A DNA stretch of 64,000 bases from Lepidodermella squamata (taxonomy: Eukaryota; Animalia; Gastrotricha): NCBI GenBank assembly GCA_047495785.1, contig JBLDXI010000020.1, forward strand, positions 682,001 through 746,000. The letters are read 5' to 3'. Each line of letters starts with the position of its first letter. The stretch's first letter is position 1. Positions 45,404-63,375 of the stretch are shown piece by piece. A program made the translations under genes and the position numbers. The notes below the pieces were generated by a model. It did no database searches, was not told where the DNA came from, and was given only the letters and a program-made list of their open reading frames with translations.

Positions 45404-47666
45404 GGGATATCAGGCCATTTCTATGTTAACTAAGAAGAATGAGATGCGAGCAAAGATTATTGATTGGCCGATGATTAGACAAGTGCGAAGGTCAGCAAAT
45501 TATTTTATATGAATCCAATGCCAAAAAAGTAATCATCCAAGAAGGTCAAAGAAAGCTATGAAGGACCAAGAATAACAAAAAAACTTCACAAGCGCTAAAT
45601 TTCAGCGTTTCAAATTAATGCAGACGCTCGATAATTCAAACGCAAATCGACTAGTAAAAGCGCATTTGACCTGCGGCAGAAAAAAAGTCGAATGCGCAAT
45701 TTAATTAAGCTGGCAATCGATTAAATTCAGCCTTTGGACTGATGCCTCACGAGACAGCAGTCCATGTGAATCACTTTTCACGCAGAAAGTTGTCCGTATC
45801 GCCTGTTTCGCTAGAGCCAGTACTATAAACTAAAATATGAGGCCTTGTTTCGCAGATGATTTGTTTACTGTCCACAGTGTCGCGATCAGCTGATCCTAGC
45901 ATTCTGTATAAAAATCGGCGCCGTAAATAGTGTCAAGCCGCCTGAAAGGTAGAAAAGGCGAATGGGTCACATGGACTCGAAGTAGCAGAATAGATGTCAG
46001 CTTTGCTACCAACGTTTCAGAGGTGGTACAAAAGCTGAAGAACCAAGAGAACCTTGAAAATACTCTTTAAAGAATAATGATTAATACTCCGCCCATAGAC
46101 GCTAGGTACTGCATAATATCCTCCTTATGGCGTCATCAGCGCACTGCCGTTGACAGGCGCAACTCTGGTGGGGAACAGAAGCGTGTGGAATATGCAGTCT
46201 CTAGTGTATTTTTGTTATTATTTTCATAATTATTGATCGATTTACTTGCTTGGAGGTGATGATAACATGTTAACAAAATTCTGTATCGAAATTGACCGAA
46301 ATCTCAATAGAGAAATTGTGAATGGACATGGACATGAGGTGTCATGACACCTAGCTTGGCTTCAGCCGAGTATTGCTGGGAAATGTAACAAATTTGGTTG
46401 GATGAAATGAGGTTATCTGCATAACAATCGAAACACGTAATTTTTGCTCCTAGTCTGGCGATGAAGCGATTGAAAAATCATCCTAAGGCGAACAACAACT
46501 CAGAAGACTGCCTGCGTGCCTTGGTGGAAAACAGATGACATTTGGCTTTGTATGCGAGTAGATTATTGCTCTCCTAAAAAATGAAGCAGCCCCTTATGTT
46601 GCATCATCAGCTGGTTCAAGAAGTAGAATATAGTTATAATCAGGCTCTGAAATCCTATCCCTTTCAAGTCCCGAGTCAAGAGTCCTCCGCAAAGCATCGA
46701 ATCCTGACACGCTTCGAGCGTTCCAGTATTCTTGGCTTATTGCGCCATGTCTCCTATTAAACAAGCACATGGTTTGTCTTGAATTAAGGAGAAATCTTTG
46801 GATGTTGGATGAAGAGACGAAGTGGGGGAGCGAGAGAAAGAAAGAAGGAAGGGTGGGAAAAGAAGAAAAAAAACGAGACATTTTATAGGATCAACTGCGG
46901 CCAGTTTATAGTCGCAGGACTCTATAATATATTTTATATATCAATTATATAAAGTACCCGGTTACTTTTAAAAATTATAGAAATATGAACATTTTCTTGT
47001 TTCTTGTCACCGGGTTCCGCAGCGTCTCGGGTTGCCCTTCCGCGAACGCTAGTTGAGAGGCTCCGGAGTCTATGTCTGCCTGTTGCTGTATGCTACGTGG
47101 TGCCCAATTTCATGCTTGATGCTAAAGGTAAGAAGTTAAATGGTAAATGGTAAATGGTTTAGCAAGATTTCCCATGGAACTCCACGCCCCCTCTTCAATC
47201 CTCGGCCAATTAGCTTGTCAGCGTTCACTGTTGACCCTTGACTGCCACCTACCTTTAACCTCTTGTGCGAATAAGGCGTAAGACTTGAGAGCTTTACGAA
47301 ATAGCTCTCTTCTCTGTCCCTAACACTATCTCGTCGCGTGGATCTTTCATCTTCCCTGTAGGATGCATTCAGAGCCTTGTTTGTGGCTATTCTTGATCGT
47401 TAATCGTTAGCACAAGTAATAACATCGTCAAAGCTAAACTCAGCGTGTGGCTCGTGACTTGATTACCGCTGAATGTGATATATTTTTCCAGAAAGCAGAA
47501 AGCAGACGTATATTCTAACTTCTTCTATTTATCTCAGTCCACAGTTATCTTTTGCACTCTTTGCGCCTTGATCGCTTATGCCCTCGCCTTTGTCTAGCCA
47601 ATTGATAATTTTGTATGTTTTCGATTGATAGGATTTTAATTTTTAAATTGGGCAGCTGCTTTGAAA

Positions 47667-49568
47667 ATGATGGACGGAAGGTAGGATTCGGTTTGCGCTA
47701 CTGGCATGTCATTCAGTTCACAATTTTTATATTACAGCCACGGCTCCGATGACGAAGAAAGCTCGGGGGAGCAGGGTGAAGAAAGAGGAAGGAGTGCGCG
47801 CGAAAATCATTGTGAAATTGAACGCCGTCGTCGCAATAAGATGACCCAATATATTACCGAGTTATCGGAGCTGATTCCTGAATGTACTACGACCCAGCAT
47901 AAAAAACTAGACAAGCTTACTATTCTGCGGTTGGCAGTTACTCACATGAAAAAGTTACAGAACAGCAACAGTGTTGGTGGACGGCCATCATTTTTAACTG
48001 ACCAAGAACTCAAGTTTTTGCTGCTCGAGGCTGCAGATGGCTTTCTGTTCGTCGTTCATTTGTCCAGCGGGCGATTTATTTACGTGTCAGACACTGTCAC
48101 TCCTGTTCTTGGAGTCCTTCCCTCTGAATGGTACACCGGTTCGATTTACGACCAGGTTCATCCCGAAGACGTCCGAAAAGTACAAGAGCAAATGTCTATA
48201 ACTGAGGGTCATCGCGTTTTGGATTTAAAAACTGGAACTATCAAAAAAGAGTCGCATCAAACTCAAATGAGGATGGGTTTAGGATGGAGACGTAGCTTTG
48301 TTTGTCGATTCCGCGTTGGACCTCATCAGTTACCAACAAGTGCTAATTCATCGGGCGCGGGTTCTGCCACCAATTCGCATGTTGCGAGATCTCGATCTAG
48401 AGCGGCTGTCGAAGGACCTGATGGCGCTCAATACGCTGTTGTGCACGTATCAGGTCAACTGAAAAGCTATCACGGTGCAGGCCCCGACGATGTTTATGGT
48501 AATGGAGGAAATGGTTCAAACGCTGATGGTACCAACGGCACTGGCAATAATCATGTTTTGGTTGCCGTGGCAAGGTTGCAAGTGACAAGTCTTCCCGATT
48601 CCATGACAAACGGCGACAGCTCGCGATTTACGACTCGTCATAGTGCAGCGATGTCTGAAGAGTCACTTCTGACTTTCGCTGATCAACAAATGACTAATGC
48701 ATTAGGCTGGATGCCTCAAGAATTGCTCGGAAAGAACTTTCTTCGCGAGTTTATCGCGCCAGAAAGTCAAGCTGAATTTCAAGCGGCTTGGGAAGCAGTT
48801 TTTCACGAAAAAAGTCAGCACACGGTGTACAACGTCAATATTATCTCAAAATCAGGGCAAAGAGTTCCATTAAATATCAACATCGAAGCCTTCCTGAACC
48901 CATATTCGGAAGAGATGGAATTCATTATATGTACACATACGAACCCTCTTGAATCGCTTCGCACCGGGAACGGGTTGCAGGCCCCTCTCTACCCCCAGAT
49001 GGTCGAATCAGCTGGCGGAAGTGCAAGTGGTGCTGCAGGAACTACATCGGCCGCTGCTTTGTTACAGTTAGCCCGTCCAACAGTGATTGCTCCAAATCAA
49101 CAGGTTGGTGGCTACCAACAGGCCGGTCAAGGTCAACCTCAAGCGCAAGGCTCCTCTGGCGCTGGTTATTATCCGAGCACTATCGGACCACTGTCATTTC
49201 AACAACCTCAACATACAGCTTGGGTTAGCTACTTTTTTAATTTTACGTACACAAGTAAATTAATCTTGTAAAATTTCAAGGCTGCAACTCAGGCCCAAAT
49301 GACGAGTCAAGATCACTATTTGTCCGTCCCTCAGTTGCCAAACGCAGCGAACTGGTTCTTCAGCAACAACTCTTCTGCTGGAGCAGGTGCCAATGGCGTC
49401 GACCCTGCCTCTGTTTACGGTCAAAATCAGGACGAACTGGTCGCGTGGCCACCGCCGGTTGTTGGCGGAGAAACTGCAGCAGGCGCTGCTGCTTATCGTC
49501 AGCAAACGCAACAGAGTGGAGACTATTCGACGCAAATGAATCGAAGCAATCCTGATCTGCAATATTAA
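47667..49568 (+). CDS. ARNT: Aryl hydrocarbon receptor nuclear translocator (bHLH-PAS; ARNT/Tango)
   Basis: ARENHCEIERRRRNKMTQYITELS, KLDKLTILRLAV, PSFLTDQELK.L.LEAADGFLFVV, RVLDLKTGTIKKESHQ and AFLNPYSEEMEFIICT. First coding exon 47667-47680. Confidence 0.95.
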
Positions 49569-50395
49569 ACGATCTTTTCAACGTTGAGATATTACTATTC
49601 GTTCATAGTCTAACCTTGGGAGCTTTTAACTGTTATATTCTTTTAGCATGTCGACCGAAAGTTAATCACGAGGGTTTTTCGTTCGCAGCATGGTGTTTCG
49701 TTTTCTCGTCAAATGATCTGATACATTATGTTTTAATTTGCATGTCCTGAAATTTCTCCAAGCTGCTTGCTTACCTGCTTGAGTAGTTTCTTGCTCACGC
49801 CGAGCTATAATTTTAATTTTTCAACAACCAGCAGACCAATCATTGAAATATTAATCCACGGTGTTTTTTATCTCAATAACGTTCGAATTCACAAAAGGCT
49901 GCTAAGTATACCCGCAAAATCTATATAATTTTTCAGGCTGATATCACGTGAAACGTTGTGCTAATTTTAAGACACTGCTTCCACGTCGACTTCATTTTTC
50001 GTGAAGGACGAGCTTGTTTTGGTTTCAATGTGCGTCCTACTTCTCTCAGTTTTCTTGTATTACAAACTTGCCACAAATGTTTAAAATTTAGCCCATTCTA
50101 TTCATTCATTTGTTTTAGCTATTGTCTTGGTTCTTAAGCGTTGTAAATTCTTGATTGATTTCGCGTTGTGTAAAATTGATCGGCAGTTGTGTCATCGGTA
50201 GTTGACTTTCTTCGATTTCTTACGGCTGTTTGTCTCGTGTCATCACCATGACCAAATAATTTTACGACGTTTGTTGACATTTGATATCTTTATGCTAAAG
50301 ATGGCGAAATACAAGCTCAGTCTTTAAAATATCGATTTTTCTTCATTTTTAGAGACATCTAATTTATTTAGTTTTCGCGACATCAAATCAGAAAA

Positions 50396-52155
<1,760 letters not shown>

Positions 52156-52906
52156 ATGTGGAGAGGCGAAATTCAATTGGCTCAAGCTCCCACTATCCAA
52201 TCTTTTTTTGGTTTCCTCGTGTAACACAAACTCCTTGTTGGCAGTTTTCTCAGTGCTAATTCAGTCGGCGTTAGCAAGTATTAAAGTGCATTCCAGCAAT
52301 TTTTAGGCCAGCTGGTGGATGGGTTATCATTATTCACCTTAATCTTCGAATGACTGATAAGGTTTTTTCGGACAAGAAACGACTGCTTCAATGACGGTGA
52401 AATTCGGCAATTTGCAAACTCATCCAAGACGTTGATTGGCAGACGTTGGCTGCGTAAACTTCGTTAATTTATTCCAGTTTTTGGTTGATCTATAAAACAC
52501 TAGACCTAATTTATACTTATGTTTTCTATAATTTTTCATTATCACTTGAAAATATAGATGCCAAAAAGTTATTTTCTGCTATGATCACTTGGCTGACATG
52601 AAAGTGAGTGCTTTGCCCCGCAGAGAATCGCTTTGGGTTGTTCAAAATGTGGCGTATTGTTATCTCTAAGAAGAAAAATTGGCTAATTTATTGAAAATAT
52701 CAGTGCAAAATCAGAACCTTTTTACACTGTCTGTCACAATTATTTGTCGCAACATATTTTTTGTATAAATCTGTGTAAAAAAGGCGAGTGACGTAAATTA
52801 TAATAAATATTAAAAGGTTATCTCATAAAATAACAAATGCATTTCTATACTTTTTTTTAGGAATTTAAAGCTGGTATATTTTTGAAAAATTCTCTGAAGT
52901 TGCTGA

Positions 52907-54880
<1,974 letters not shown>

Positions 54881-55686
54881 TAAAATTCATTGCGATTTCC
54901 GTTTTTTTACAAGAAAGTGGTCGCGTAATTGCGAAAAATCGTGCGCTTGTTTACTTGCTTGGCTGGTGATGTAAGGCTTAGCCACATGGTAAGACGGCGA
55001 AAGATTATATACCACTACTGCTACTACAGCTTTGCCCGAGTGCACACGCTATTTGTGTAGGTGCCTTCATATACAACAAGATGTGAAAACACGGCCAGCG
55101 TAGCAAACACGGGCCTGCTCAACTCGATTAAATTTAATGATCTATTAGAGAAGCGTAGGCATCATCCAACACATGTGGCCTAAATTGTGATGCGTTCTCT
55201 TTTCCGACTCTAATAAATTCTCTGACATATCATTGTCTGTTGCTAATAGTAAGCCCCTGGCTCATTATTTCCAACGGAACCATCGTAATTAAATGGCTAA
55301 ACTCTCTTGATGGCCTCAATAAATTTCAGTATCGCGATATATTTCTTCCATCATAGCCTCGATGATATGTCCCGAGCGGCACGACACGAGCATAAAAAAT
55401 GTTGTAAATTTTCGTCTAGTAAATTAAAATATTTCTTAACTATCGCAGACTGTGCTATATTTAATAACTGTTCAAGTCAAATGATAACTAGTGCCTGAGA
55501 ATGACCGACACCGTTGATGTTATTATTGTTTTGTTGTATTCGACAACACACTTCCTTCACAAAACATCTATGATATGCAAATCATTATGAGAAACATTGA
55601 TTGAAAGATGAAGTTTTTTGTGTATAAAAAGGAGAGAAGTTTTTACTAAATTTCTTGAATTTTGTAGATCTTTTTTTACCGTGGAA

Positions 55687-56507
55687 ATGTTACGAAGCTT
55701 GACAGCGAAAATTGCTGGTCTATCTGTTGGCTTCGGCCATAAGATGATTCACTCCACCCCGGCTGTAGCGACTACTTGGCGTGAGTTGGATATGAATACG
55801 AGTGATCGAAAGCGGCTTCGCGATAAACTTGGCAGTGCGGATGCGGCGGAGGCGAGGCAAGTCGATTCTATGGCGGCGCCTATTGTAGTCGATCCAACTC
55901 TTACACCCACAGCCGCGAAATCGTACTGGTTTCCGGACGAACACACAAATTCGCTAATGATCGAAGGTGTAAAATATGACGAACTACCGATCGTGCACTT
56001 GAAAGCGACGAAAAACAACACAATCGTTACGCTAACCGACCACAAAGGGCTCATCATATGTCAACGTAGTGCCGTTAGTTCTATTCAAATTCTATGTTGT
56101 ATTCTTTCATGTTTTTTGTAATGCATTTGAACTTGCCGCAGGGAACCGAGGGTTTCGTCAATGCGAAGAAAGGAACTAATATCGCCGGCCAAGCGGCTGG
56201 TTCCGCCATGGCTTTCGTAAGCTCACATCAGCTGAATATATTTTGGGGTGAATTTTGTGTTTTTTCCACTAGCGCGCGATTGATAAGGGTATAAAATATG
56301 TTCGTGTCGTCGTGCGTGGTATCGGGCCTGGTCGTTTCGTAAGCCTCTGTGTAAACTTGCTCTTCGTTGTATGCTTTGTGTTTTGTTTCACAGTCGTCTA
56401 TTAAAGGTCTACAGTTGTCGGGCCTGACTGTTGTGTCGATTACCGATCGAACGCCTAATCTTATGAATCCCAATGCGCGGCGGCCCAAGAAAGCGCGAAG
56501 GGTTTGA
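55687..56507 (+). CDS. MRPS11: Mitochondrial ribosomal protein S11 (uS11m)
   Basis: Presequence, then YDELPIVHLKATKNNTIVTLTD, GTEGFVNAKKGTNIAGQAA, VRVVVRGIGPGR, GL.VVSITDRTP and RPKKARRV*. Confidence 0.93.
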
Positions 56508-57229
56508 AGCTCAATCCTCAGATCAATCTAGTCGTTTTCTTAAACAGCGGCAACAAAGACGGTTTCTTGTTTTTGATAATAAAATGCCCGTATCGCGAAC
56601 ACTTGTCCTCAGTAACCCAGCAGACTTGTGTTTACCCAAGAGCCGAAATTATCGTTATCATCACCTCTCACTTGCGAGGCCGTGCGTTTTATAAGGTAGC
56701 GCTTACTCCATTGTGCAATTGCGGTAGTTCTTGTTTGCAACTGCGGTGACTTCTTATTTGCATATTTAGCCGCTCTCGCCAGGGCAATCACCAAGCATTA
56801 AAAGTGTTGCTGCTGCTGCCACTGCGTTCAATTCTTCTCAAACATTTCTTCGCTGTACGGACGAGTCGAGGGGAAGGCTCAGTATTGTAGTAGCCAAAAC
56901 CGTCGTAATAAACTGCCACAGCTGCTGTTACTACGAAACCATCTTCATGCCTGCTTGTTGTTGCATCAACGCGCGCTATACAGGCAGCGAAGAAAGGTTC
57001 ACCTTCTCATCATCATCAAAGGCCTTGTATATGTGAAAATAATAATAGCCGTGTTTTAAGGTGGCTTATGCGCTCCGTAGTTGCTAGACATCTCGCGCCG
57101 GCCAAGCCAAACTCACTGTGACAACTCTCTTTGTACCTCGATACCTGCGTAACTTTTTGTTACCTTATTGTAGGCCTTACAAAATACTATTCAAGTCCGG
57201 TTTTAATTGTCTGTAATCAGCTCATCGAC

Positions 57230-58292
57230 ATGCCGAAAGCTAAGCGCGATAAGAAAGGTAAATATTGCTCAGTTAGTGACTACCTATTGAAATAATGTCT
57301 CTCGCCGTTGACAGTTTCTCTCACCAAGACCAAGAAAAAGGGTCTAGACTTGAAACGCGACCTCATTGAAGAGGCAAGTTTTTAATTTCTCGTTATTTTT
57401 TTGTATAAAATTTCTTATCATTACAGATCCGAAAATGCTGCGACACCTACAAACATTTATTTGTATTTTCCATCGAAAATATGCGAAACAATAAGCTCAA
57501 GGAATGGCGGTTAGACTGGAAAGCTGATTCAAGACTTTTCCTTGGCAAAAACAACGTCATGGCCTTTGCGTTGGGGCGTAAACCCGAAGATGAATATCGC
57601 GATGGATTACATCAGATTGCGAAATTGCTATCCGGAACTGTCGGATTGCTGTTCACAAAAAAGCCTAAAAAGGAAGTTATCCAGTAAGTTTATGGTACGC
57701 CGCTTTACCATCCTGTCTGAACTGTTTTTTCTCAGGTTTTGCCGAGAATTTTCTTCGCCTGATTTCGCAAAATCAGGTTTTGTTGCGACTCAAACAGTAG
57801 TCATTTCACCCGGACCTCTGAATCAGTTCAGCCACGCTCTTCAGCCCCATTTACAGCAGCTTGGAATGCCTTGCGCGCTGAAACGAGGCATCATCACCTT
57901 GGAGCAAGAGTTCACAGTGTGCAAACGTGGCAAGCCCTTGACCCCTGAACAGGCTCGAATTTTGGTATGCAAACTTTTCATTCTAACCCACCGATCTGTT
58001 TTTGACAAAATGTCTACCTTAATAGAAATTGTTTGGTCATCAAATGGCTCAATTCCGCATTCATTTGGTTGCTGCGTGGTCAAGCGATGGTGCTTTTGAA
58101 ACTTTCCAAGCCGTTAAGGAGGCGCCAATTACTAAGAAACTAGTTTTAACCGGTGACGTCGACGGCAAGCCAATCGAAGCCGATTCGATGATGGAAGATC
58201 AGGACGATGACGACGACGTAGATGAAAACAGTGGTGCTGCGCTCAAGATGGAGGACGATAGCGATAGCGATTCAGTTGTTGAGTCTGATTGA
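57230..58292 (+). CDS. MRTO4: mRNA turnover protein 4 homologue (ribosome biogenesis)
   Basis: [50 protein letters not shown] and [13 protein letters not shown], with an acidic tail. Includes a GC-AG intron at 57374-57426. Confidence 0.95.
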
Positions 58293-58542
58293 AAGAAAAA
58301 AAATCAAAGAAAATTACCCGCTCAAGTCAAATTTGTCATTTGATTATAAAAAAACGTCTTTTAATCCAAATTTCATGCGCTAATTATTTTTTTTATATAT
58401 TTTGTATAGAATTTTAGCGCTAAAGAAAATATGCTCGATGGTTCATTAGGTGTGAGACTCGTCATCATCTCTACTAAAACAGTTTCTAACTTCATAACCG
58501 CTATTTTTGTATGACATTGGCGTGCTTGCGGCAGCTCTAGCT

Positions 58543-61153
58543 ATGGTTTCGCTCGAAAGTGACAAGTCATACCGACTGACACCGGTGTCCGATTTGGGCG
58601 ACATCGACGGTGACGGAAAGCTGTACATTCACGTGAAATTTACCGATTCGTCTTTCAAGGCAATTGAAGAGTACGCCGCACGCGTTTTCTCGGCGAAAAA
58701 AGCGCTCGGCCAAAACACTAATCTTTCGATAGAATTTAACGAAACCGGCGATTTAGGGGTTTGTTGTCTGAGAAGCTTATGCAGAATGTTTTCAATTGTT
58801 GTCGCGTTTACAGCATTTTGATGTGCCCACTGGGGGTGACAAGTCGTCGGCGGGTAGCAACGTTCGTCGCTTTCAATTCGGTCTGGCGCCCCTTGCGGGC
58901 GGCACGGAGAGCGGCAGCGCCTCATTCGAGTGCTTTCAACAGAAGAAAATGTCAGTCTTAACACCGCCGAGGCTGTGTTTCTCTTAATTTATTTGTGTGT
59001 GAGTAGGAGCGACAGTCTAGCGGCGTACGGCTCTTTCGCCAAGCGTCTGATAGTCAAGGCGCAGGAGGACGTGTTCGATGCGACTCGAGAGAAAATGGCC
59101 GCCGTGCAAGAAGAGTCCGAGAAGAATAAGGCGCGAGAAATCAACGCGAGCGGGTCCAGTTCGCTGAAACACCGCCGGGCGACGTCTCTCGGCCAATCGT
59201 CGGCGCCATCGCGGCCGTCTGCTGTGGCGAGTGCCGCTGCTCAGGCCACTAGTGCGGCTATGTTGTCCGATGCGGCGTCCTTGGCCAAGAAAAAAGCGAT
59301 GGAGCGGCATCAGCAAATGGCTAAATCTATATCTTCCAGTGGCTCATCGGGCTCAACCGTGCAGCAACAGCCACAACACTCGCTAAGGTAGATTTTTTAA
59401 ACTGTTGCATCAGAATTTTGAAAAATTAGGCTATTTTGAATTCTTATTTTGTCATTATCGCTGATTCTTATCATGTCCTATTGTTAATTTCAGAGAGCGG
59501 GTATTATATTCTCTGGCGGTGAAGCCTCAAACGGAGTCGCAGTTGATAACGGGCCTGAAATTGGGGCAGCGCGATCAACTTGACCTGGTGCCGATTCTCA
59601 AGCAACTATGTCACCCCGTGAGCCATAGTCAAAGCCAGAGCCAAGGCGGCAACGCCACTTATCACCTGCGGCGCGAGTCATTTGCTGACGTTAAATACGA
59701 CCATCCACTGATCACTTCGCACGAAGACAAGATGGCTATTCGACGGTGGGTGTTTCATTTGATTAAGGTGGATTTTGTTATTTTAATTTAATTTTTACAG
59801 GAACGCCGCCGCGGCCTCGAACCCTAGCAATGCTCAACAAAACCAAAAGCCTCAACGGCCAGCGCCTGTTAGTCAAGAAGACGCGGCCCCGGCGAAGCAG
59901 CGGAGGCTCGGCGACGGCCAGGCGCCGTCGAATCGGGTGTCGCTGCCGGTGTTGCCGTCATCGCAGCCAAAGGTCTCGTCGAACGCTATCTCGGCGGCGC
60001 CGGTCAATAATAAAACGCGACCGACGGTTGTTGGGGGCGGTTCTTACCAGCCAAATAGAGCGAACGGCCTCGTAAACTCAGCCACTAGTGCTAATAACCA
60101 TAAGAATACTGGCCACGCACCCAATAATACTAATAGTACCAATAGAAGTTCGCCAGTCAGTGCCGACTACTCTTCCGGTGGCAACAACAGTCGCGCTCAA
60201 GGTATGCTTTTTTCTTTTCAATTTGTCATTTCTAGTGTAACCGATTGATCACCTTTGAACATAAAATTGTTGGATGTTCTCTTTTTGGAGCAAAAAAAGA
60301 TACTGAACCTACCATCTTCAGAATGAATACATAAAAAACAGCAACAATTAAGGAAAAATCGCAGCAATAATTTGAAATAACTCAAATTTGATGCAATCCG
60401 TCTGCACGTTCAAGCTCATTTTCAGCTTGAACTTTTTATTTGGGCGCTTATGCAGGAGGCGTTCCCCACGTGTTACGGCATTTGTGTAATATATTGAAGT
60501 TATTGTCTAGTGATGTTTTCGTAATTTTGCTGTTTTTTTTGGATGTATTCTGAAGATGTTACATGGGCGTAATGAAACTTCACTGAAGCCAAAAAAATTA
60601 AGTTGATTCAAAATTATAGATGACTGATTTGCTAAACCAACTCGGGTTTTTATTTCAACATGAAAGTTAAATTTTTGCCTTTATTTTAGAATCGAGAAAT
60701 ATGAACGATTTTGGCGTGTCGTCTAGTGCAAGCAACAGTGCCAGCAGCAGCCCGGAGATCCCGGTTATCCAGACGCGCGAGCAGCGGTCAGCAATGAAAG
60801 CTGACTTCATGACCAAGTATAGCGAGTACCGCAAGCTGCACGACGCCTTATCGGAGAAAACCGCGTTTTTCCGCGACATGCGTCCGCAACTCGACGCGTG
60901 CGACCCCAATTCTGAGCGATACCGCACGCTTGAGGAGTCGATTCGCGAGGCGTACCAGAAACTGCAAGACGACGAGTCTTACGTGGCGGCAAAGAGCAAG
61001 CTCGACGAACTCCACCTCACCCTTGCCCGCATCAAGCAGGCGATCGAGGACTTCGACGGGGCTTCCACAAATGCCAGCACTGGCGGCTCACAACCACCCT
61101 CGTCCTCCTCAACCTCCTCCTCGCCCGCCGTCACGCTAGGGTCTGCTCTGTGA
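58543..61153 (+). CDS. ELL: RNA polymerase II elongation factor ELL
   Basis: N-terminal IHVKFTDSSFKAIEEY, SFECFQQ, IVKAQEDVFDATREKM.AVQEE and LRERVLYSLAVKP. C-terminal occludin/ELL domain IQTREQR...KADF..KYSEYRKLH...L.RIKQ.IEDFD. Confidence 0.88.
60313..60558. mobile_element. Degenerate foldback/MITE in the last ELL intron
   Basis: Left arm CATCTTCAGAAT..AAAAAACAGCAACAATTAAGGAAAAATC..CAATAATTTGAAATA. Reverse complement of the right arm CATCTTCAGAAT..AAAAAAACAGCAAAATTACGAAAACATC..CAATAACTTCAATATA. Confidence 0.6.
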
Positions 61154-62678
61154 TTGATGGCTCTGAAAAGCCGCCCCAACAGCGTACAATTAATGAAAAG
61201 GGACCTTCTTATTGATGAAAGCAAATTATGATTCCTATAATGTGTACCTAGTGTGTTTATTGTAGCCTGAAGGAAAAAAAATCACGTGGCAATTATGTGA
61301 CCCGCTGTCGATTCTGAGGTTCTGATGAAAACTCGTGTGAAATCGCTGCATGGTTGGTGTTGGCGGCCATTTTCGTTTGTTTCACGTATAATCTCCCTTC
61401 CAAACGGTGAAGCTATTAAAAATATACCGATGCGTCATGCCCCTTCGTAAGTGGTTAACTGCGTTGATTGGGGACGGTTGCCTGTAGACCTGATCTCCCG
61501 TAGATGACCGCCAATATTTCATGCCAAGTTGCGATTGATCTAACTGCTTTGTTCACAACCGCGATGAAAAAAAAACGATAAAACGAAAAAAATATAATAA
61601 TATGTGTTTGCGACAGAAATATATTGAAGAGCATTTGAAAAATGAATATCGCTAGTTTTCTCTGTTTTTTGCTCTCGCTCTCTTTCTCTCATTAAAACAA
61701 AACACTGTCTTCGTTCTTGGTGGTGATGATTTTTGCCTTGAAATAAGATTGAAATTATTCGAAAATTTTGTTACCTTTTAAATGCGTGGAGAGTCCTGCG
61801 ATAATAAATAACCCGCAAATCATACCATCTCAGCTGAGCTAGAATTTAGAAGTGATGAGATAAATTTATTTGGTGATGACTTATTGATGACGGCTGTGGC
61901 TACACCTGATTTCCCTAGAAATTCGCGTTCCAGCTGGTGAGCTCTCCTCTTATCGTAGCAAGAGTTGATTTACGCAATCATTCCTACGTACCATGGCTAT
62001 CCCTGCCGTGCGTGTTCTCTGTGGACCTATCTCTCTCTATCTCTCTACAACAAAATGATCGTTCGTTCGTCATGCGTTTGATTCTTTATAATAACGATAA
62101 AGCTATATTCAAACAACAACAAAGTAAATCATAATAAAAGACGAAATCAATGTTGCGAAATCTACCTGTTTCTACTAAAAAAACCGTCGGAGAGTTTCGT
62201 GATGAATACTACGTGAAATGAAGCTTTAAAAGCTTGATAAAGCCTGAGAATTTGGCGGCTTTTATAGGCCCGGTCCAGGAATCGGTGCCAGAGCGCCACG
62301 TGGTCGCTCATAGAAGCACGCGACTCGAGAAAAAAATCGCAACATGACGCCATAAATTTGCAAAAAGTTGATTGTTGATACGCGTCTCGAATACGGTTAC
62401 TGTTTGTTCATGCTTGTCTCCAGTAAAACAGATTCCATCGGAATTTCTGGAAACCGGACTTTCGAAATAGCCTATTTCGGCAGATTCACCAATGCGATTG
62501 AAAATTTGATCACCGGCATCAAGGTATTTTTGGTGCATTTCAAGAAATTTACGGAATGAAAGCAGTTTCATTTGGCCCACGCATATTTATTTAATAATTA
62601 GTCACCATTGTAATTATAATGAATTGTACAAGCTTGTAATTGAAATATTTAGAGGATGACTAGTCACGCGTCTATTGT

Positions 62679-63230
62679 TCAGTTAGACAAAAGCTCGAGT
62701 TGAGCAGTCAGTTGAGCAGACGTAGCACTTTCACTGGTGTCGATCGCCAACAAAATGTTGCGAAAATCTGAGATGAGCTGGCCGATTTCTCGGTTCACGA
62801 TATCAAGGTCAGCTTTCAGCGTGAAATACTCCACCGTATTTTCGCGATGCTCGGCGAGACACTTGTCAAACATGGGCGGAGCTCTCTGGTCCGTTTTCTC
62901 AGCCGTCTTCAATTTAGATAAAATCTTCACGCAATCACCGTCGGCATTAGGCGCCATGATGTGAATGCGGGAGCAGAGATCAGCCAGTTGCAAAAATGAT
63001 AAATCGATGTGGTTGCGGAACTCCTGGATTCGAACCGTGCGCTCCTCCAAATTCCGCATAGTTTCATTAGCCGGGGTCTGGAAAAAATATCGTTAAAATT
63101 TGACTTGAAAACTTAACAAAAAATTGCATACAATTTGAAGTTGGTGAAGAAATCGCATCAAATCCGTTGTGATATTCAGCGAAATTTCCTGAGCCTTCGA
63201 GCACATGTCAGCCAGCGTTTGGTCAGGCAT
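62679..63230 (-). CDS. MED30: Mediator subunit 30
   Basis: Two exons (63230-63132, 63077-62679). LADMC..AQE..., ERTVRIQE..., DQRAPPMF and NREIGQLISDFRNILLAID resemble remembered MED30 (ASLCRIGQE; DDRAGPPRF; NQQLKQIMDQLRNLIWDIN). Confidence 0.75.
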
Positions 63231-63375
63231 TTTTTAAATTACTAGAGAACAAATAAATAGATTTATTGCTTTTTGAGCCCAATAATAATTATCTATCACC
63301 CAACAACCAGTTGCATAGAAAGAGATTGCACAAGAAAGAACTAAATAGTCAACCTTTAAAAAACGAAAGCATCTT

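Noticed and set aside
47139-47158. (AATGGTA)3 as a non-LTR retroelement tail
   Set aside because: Too short, and no adjacent RT or endonuclease remnant was recognised.
61322-61345. Hammerhead ribozyme core (CTGATGA...GAAA)
   Set aside because: Stem II has only ~2 bp and stems I/III are not evident.
61850-61912. C/D box snoRNA (GTGATGA...CTGA)
   Set aside because: Weak terminal stem, no recognisable rRNA-complementary guide, and not evidently intronic.
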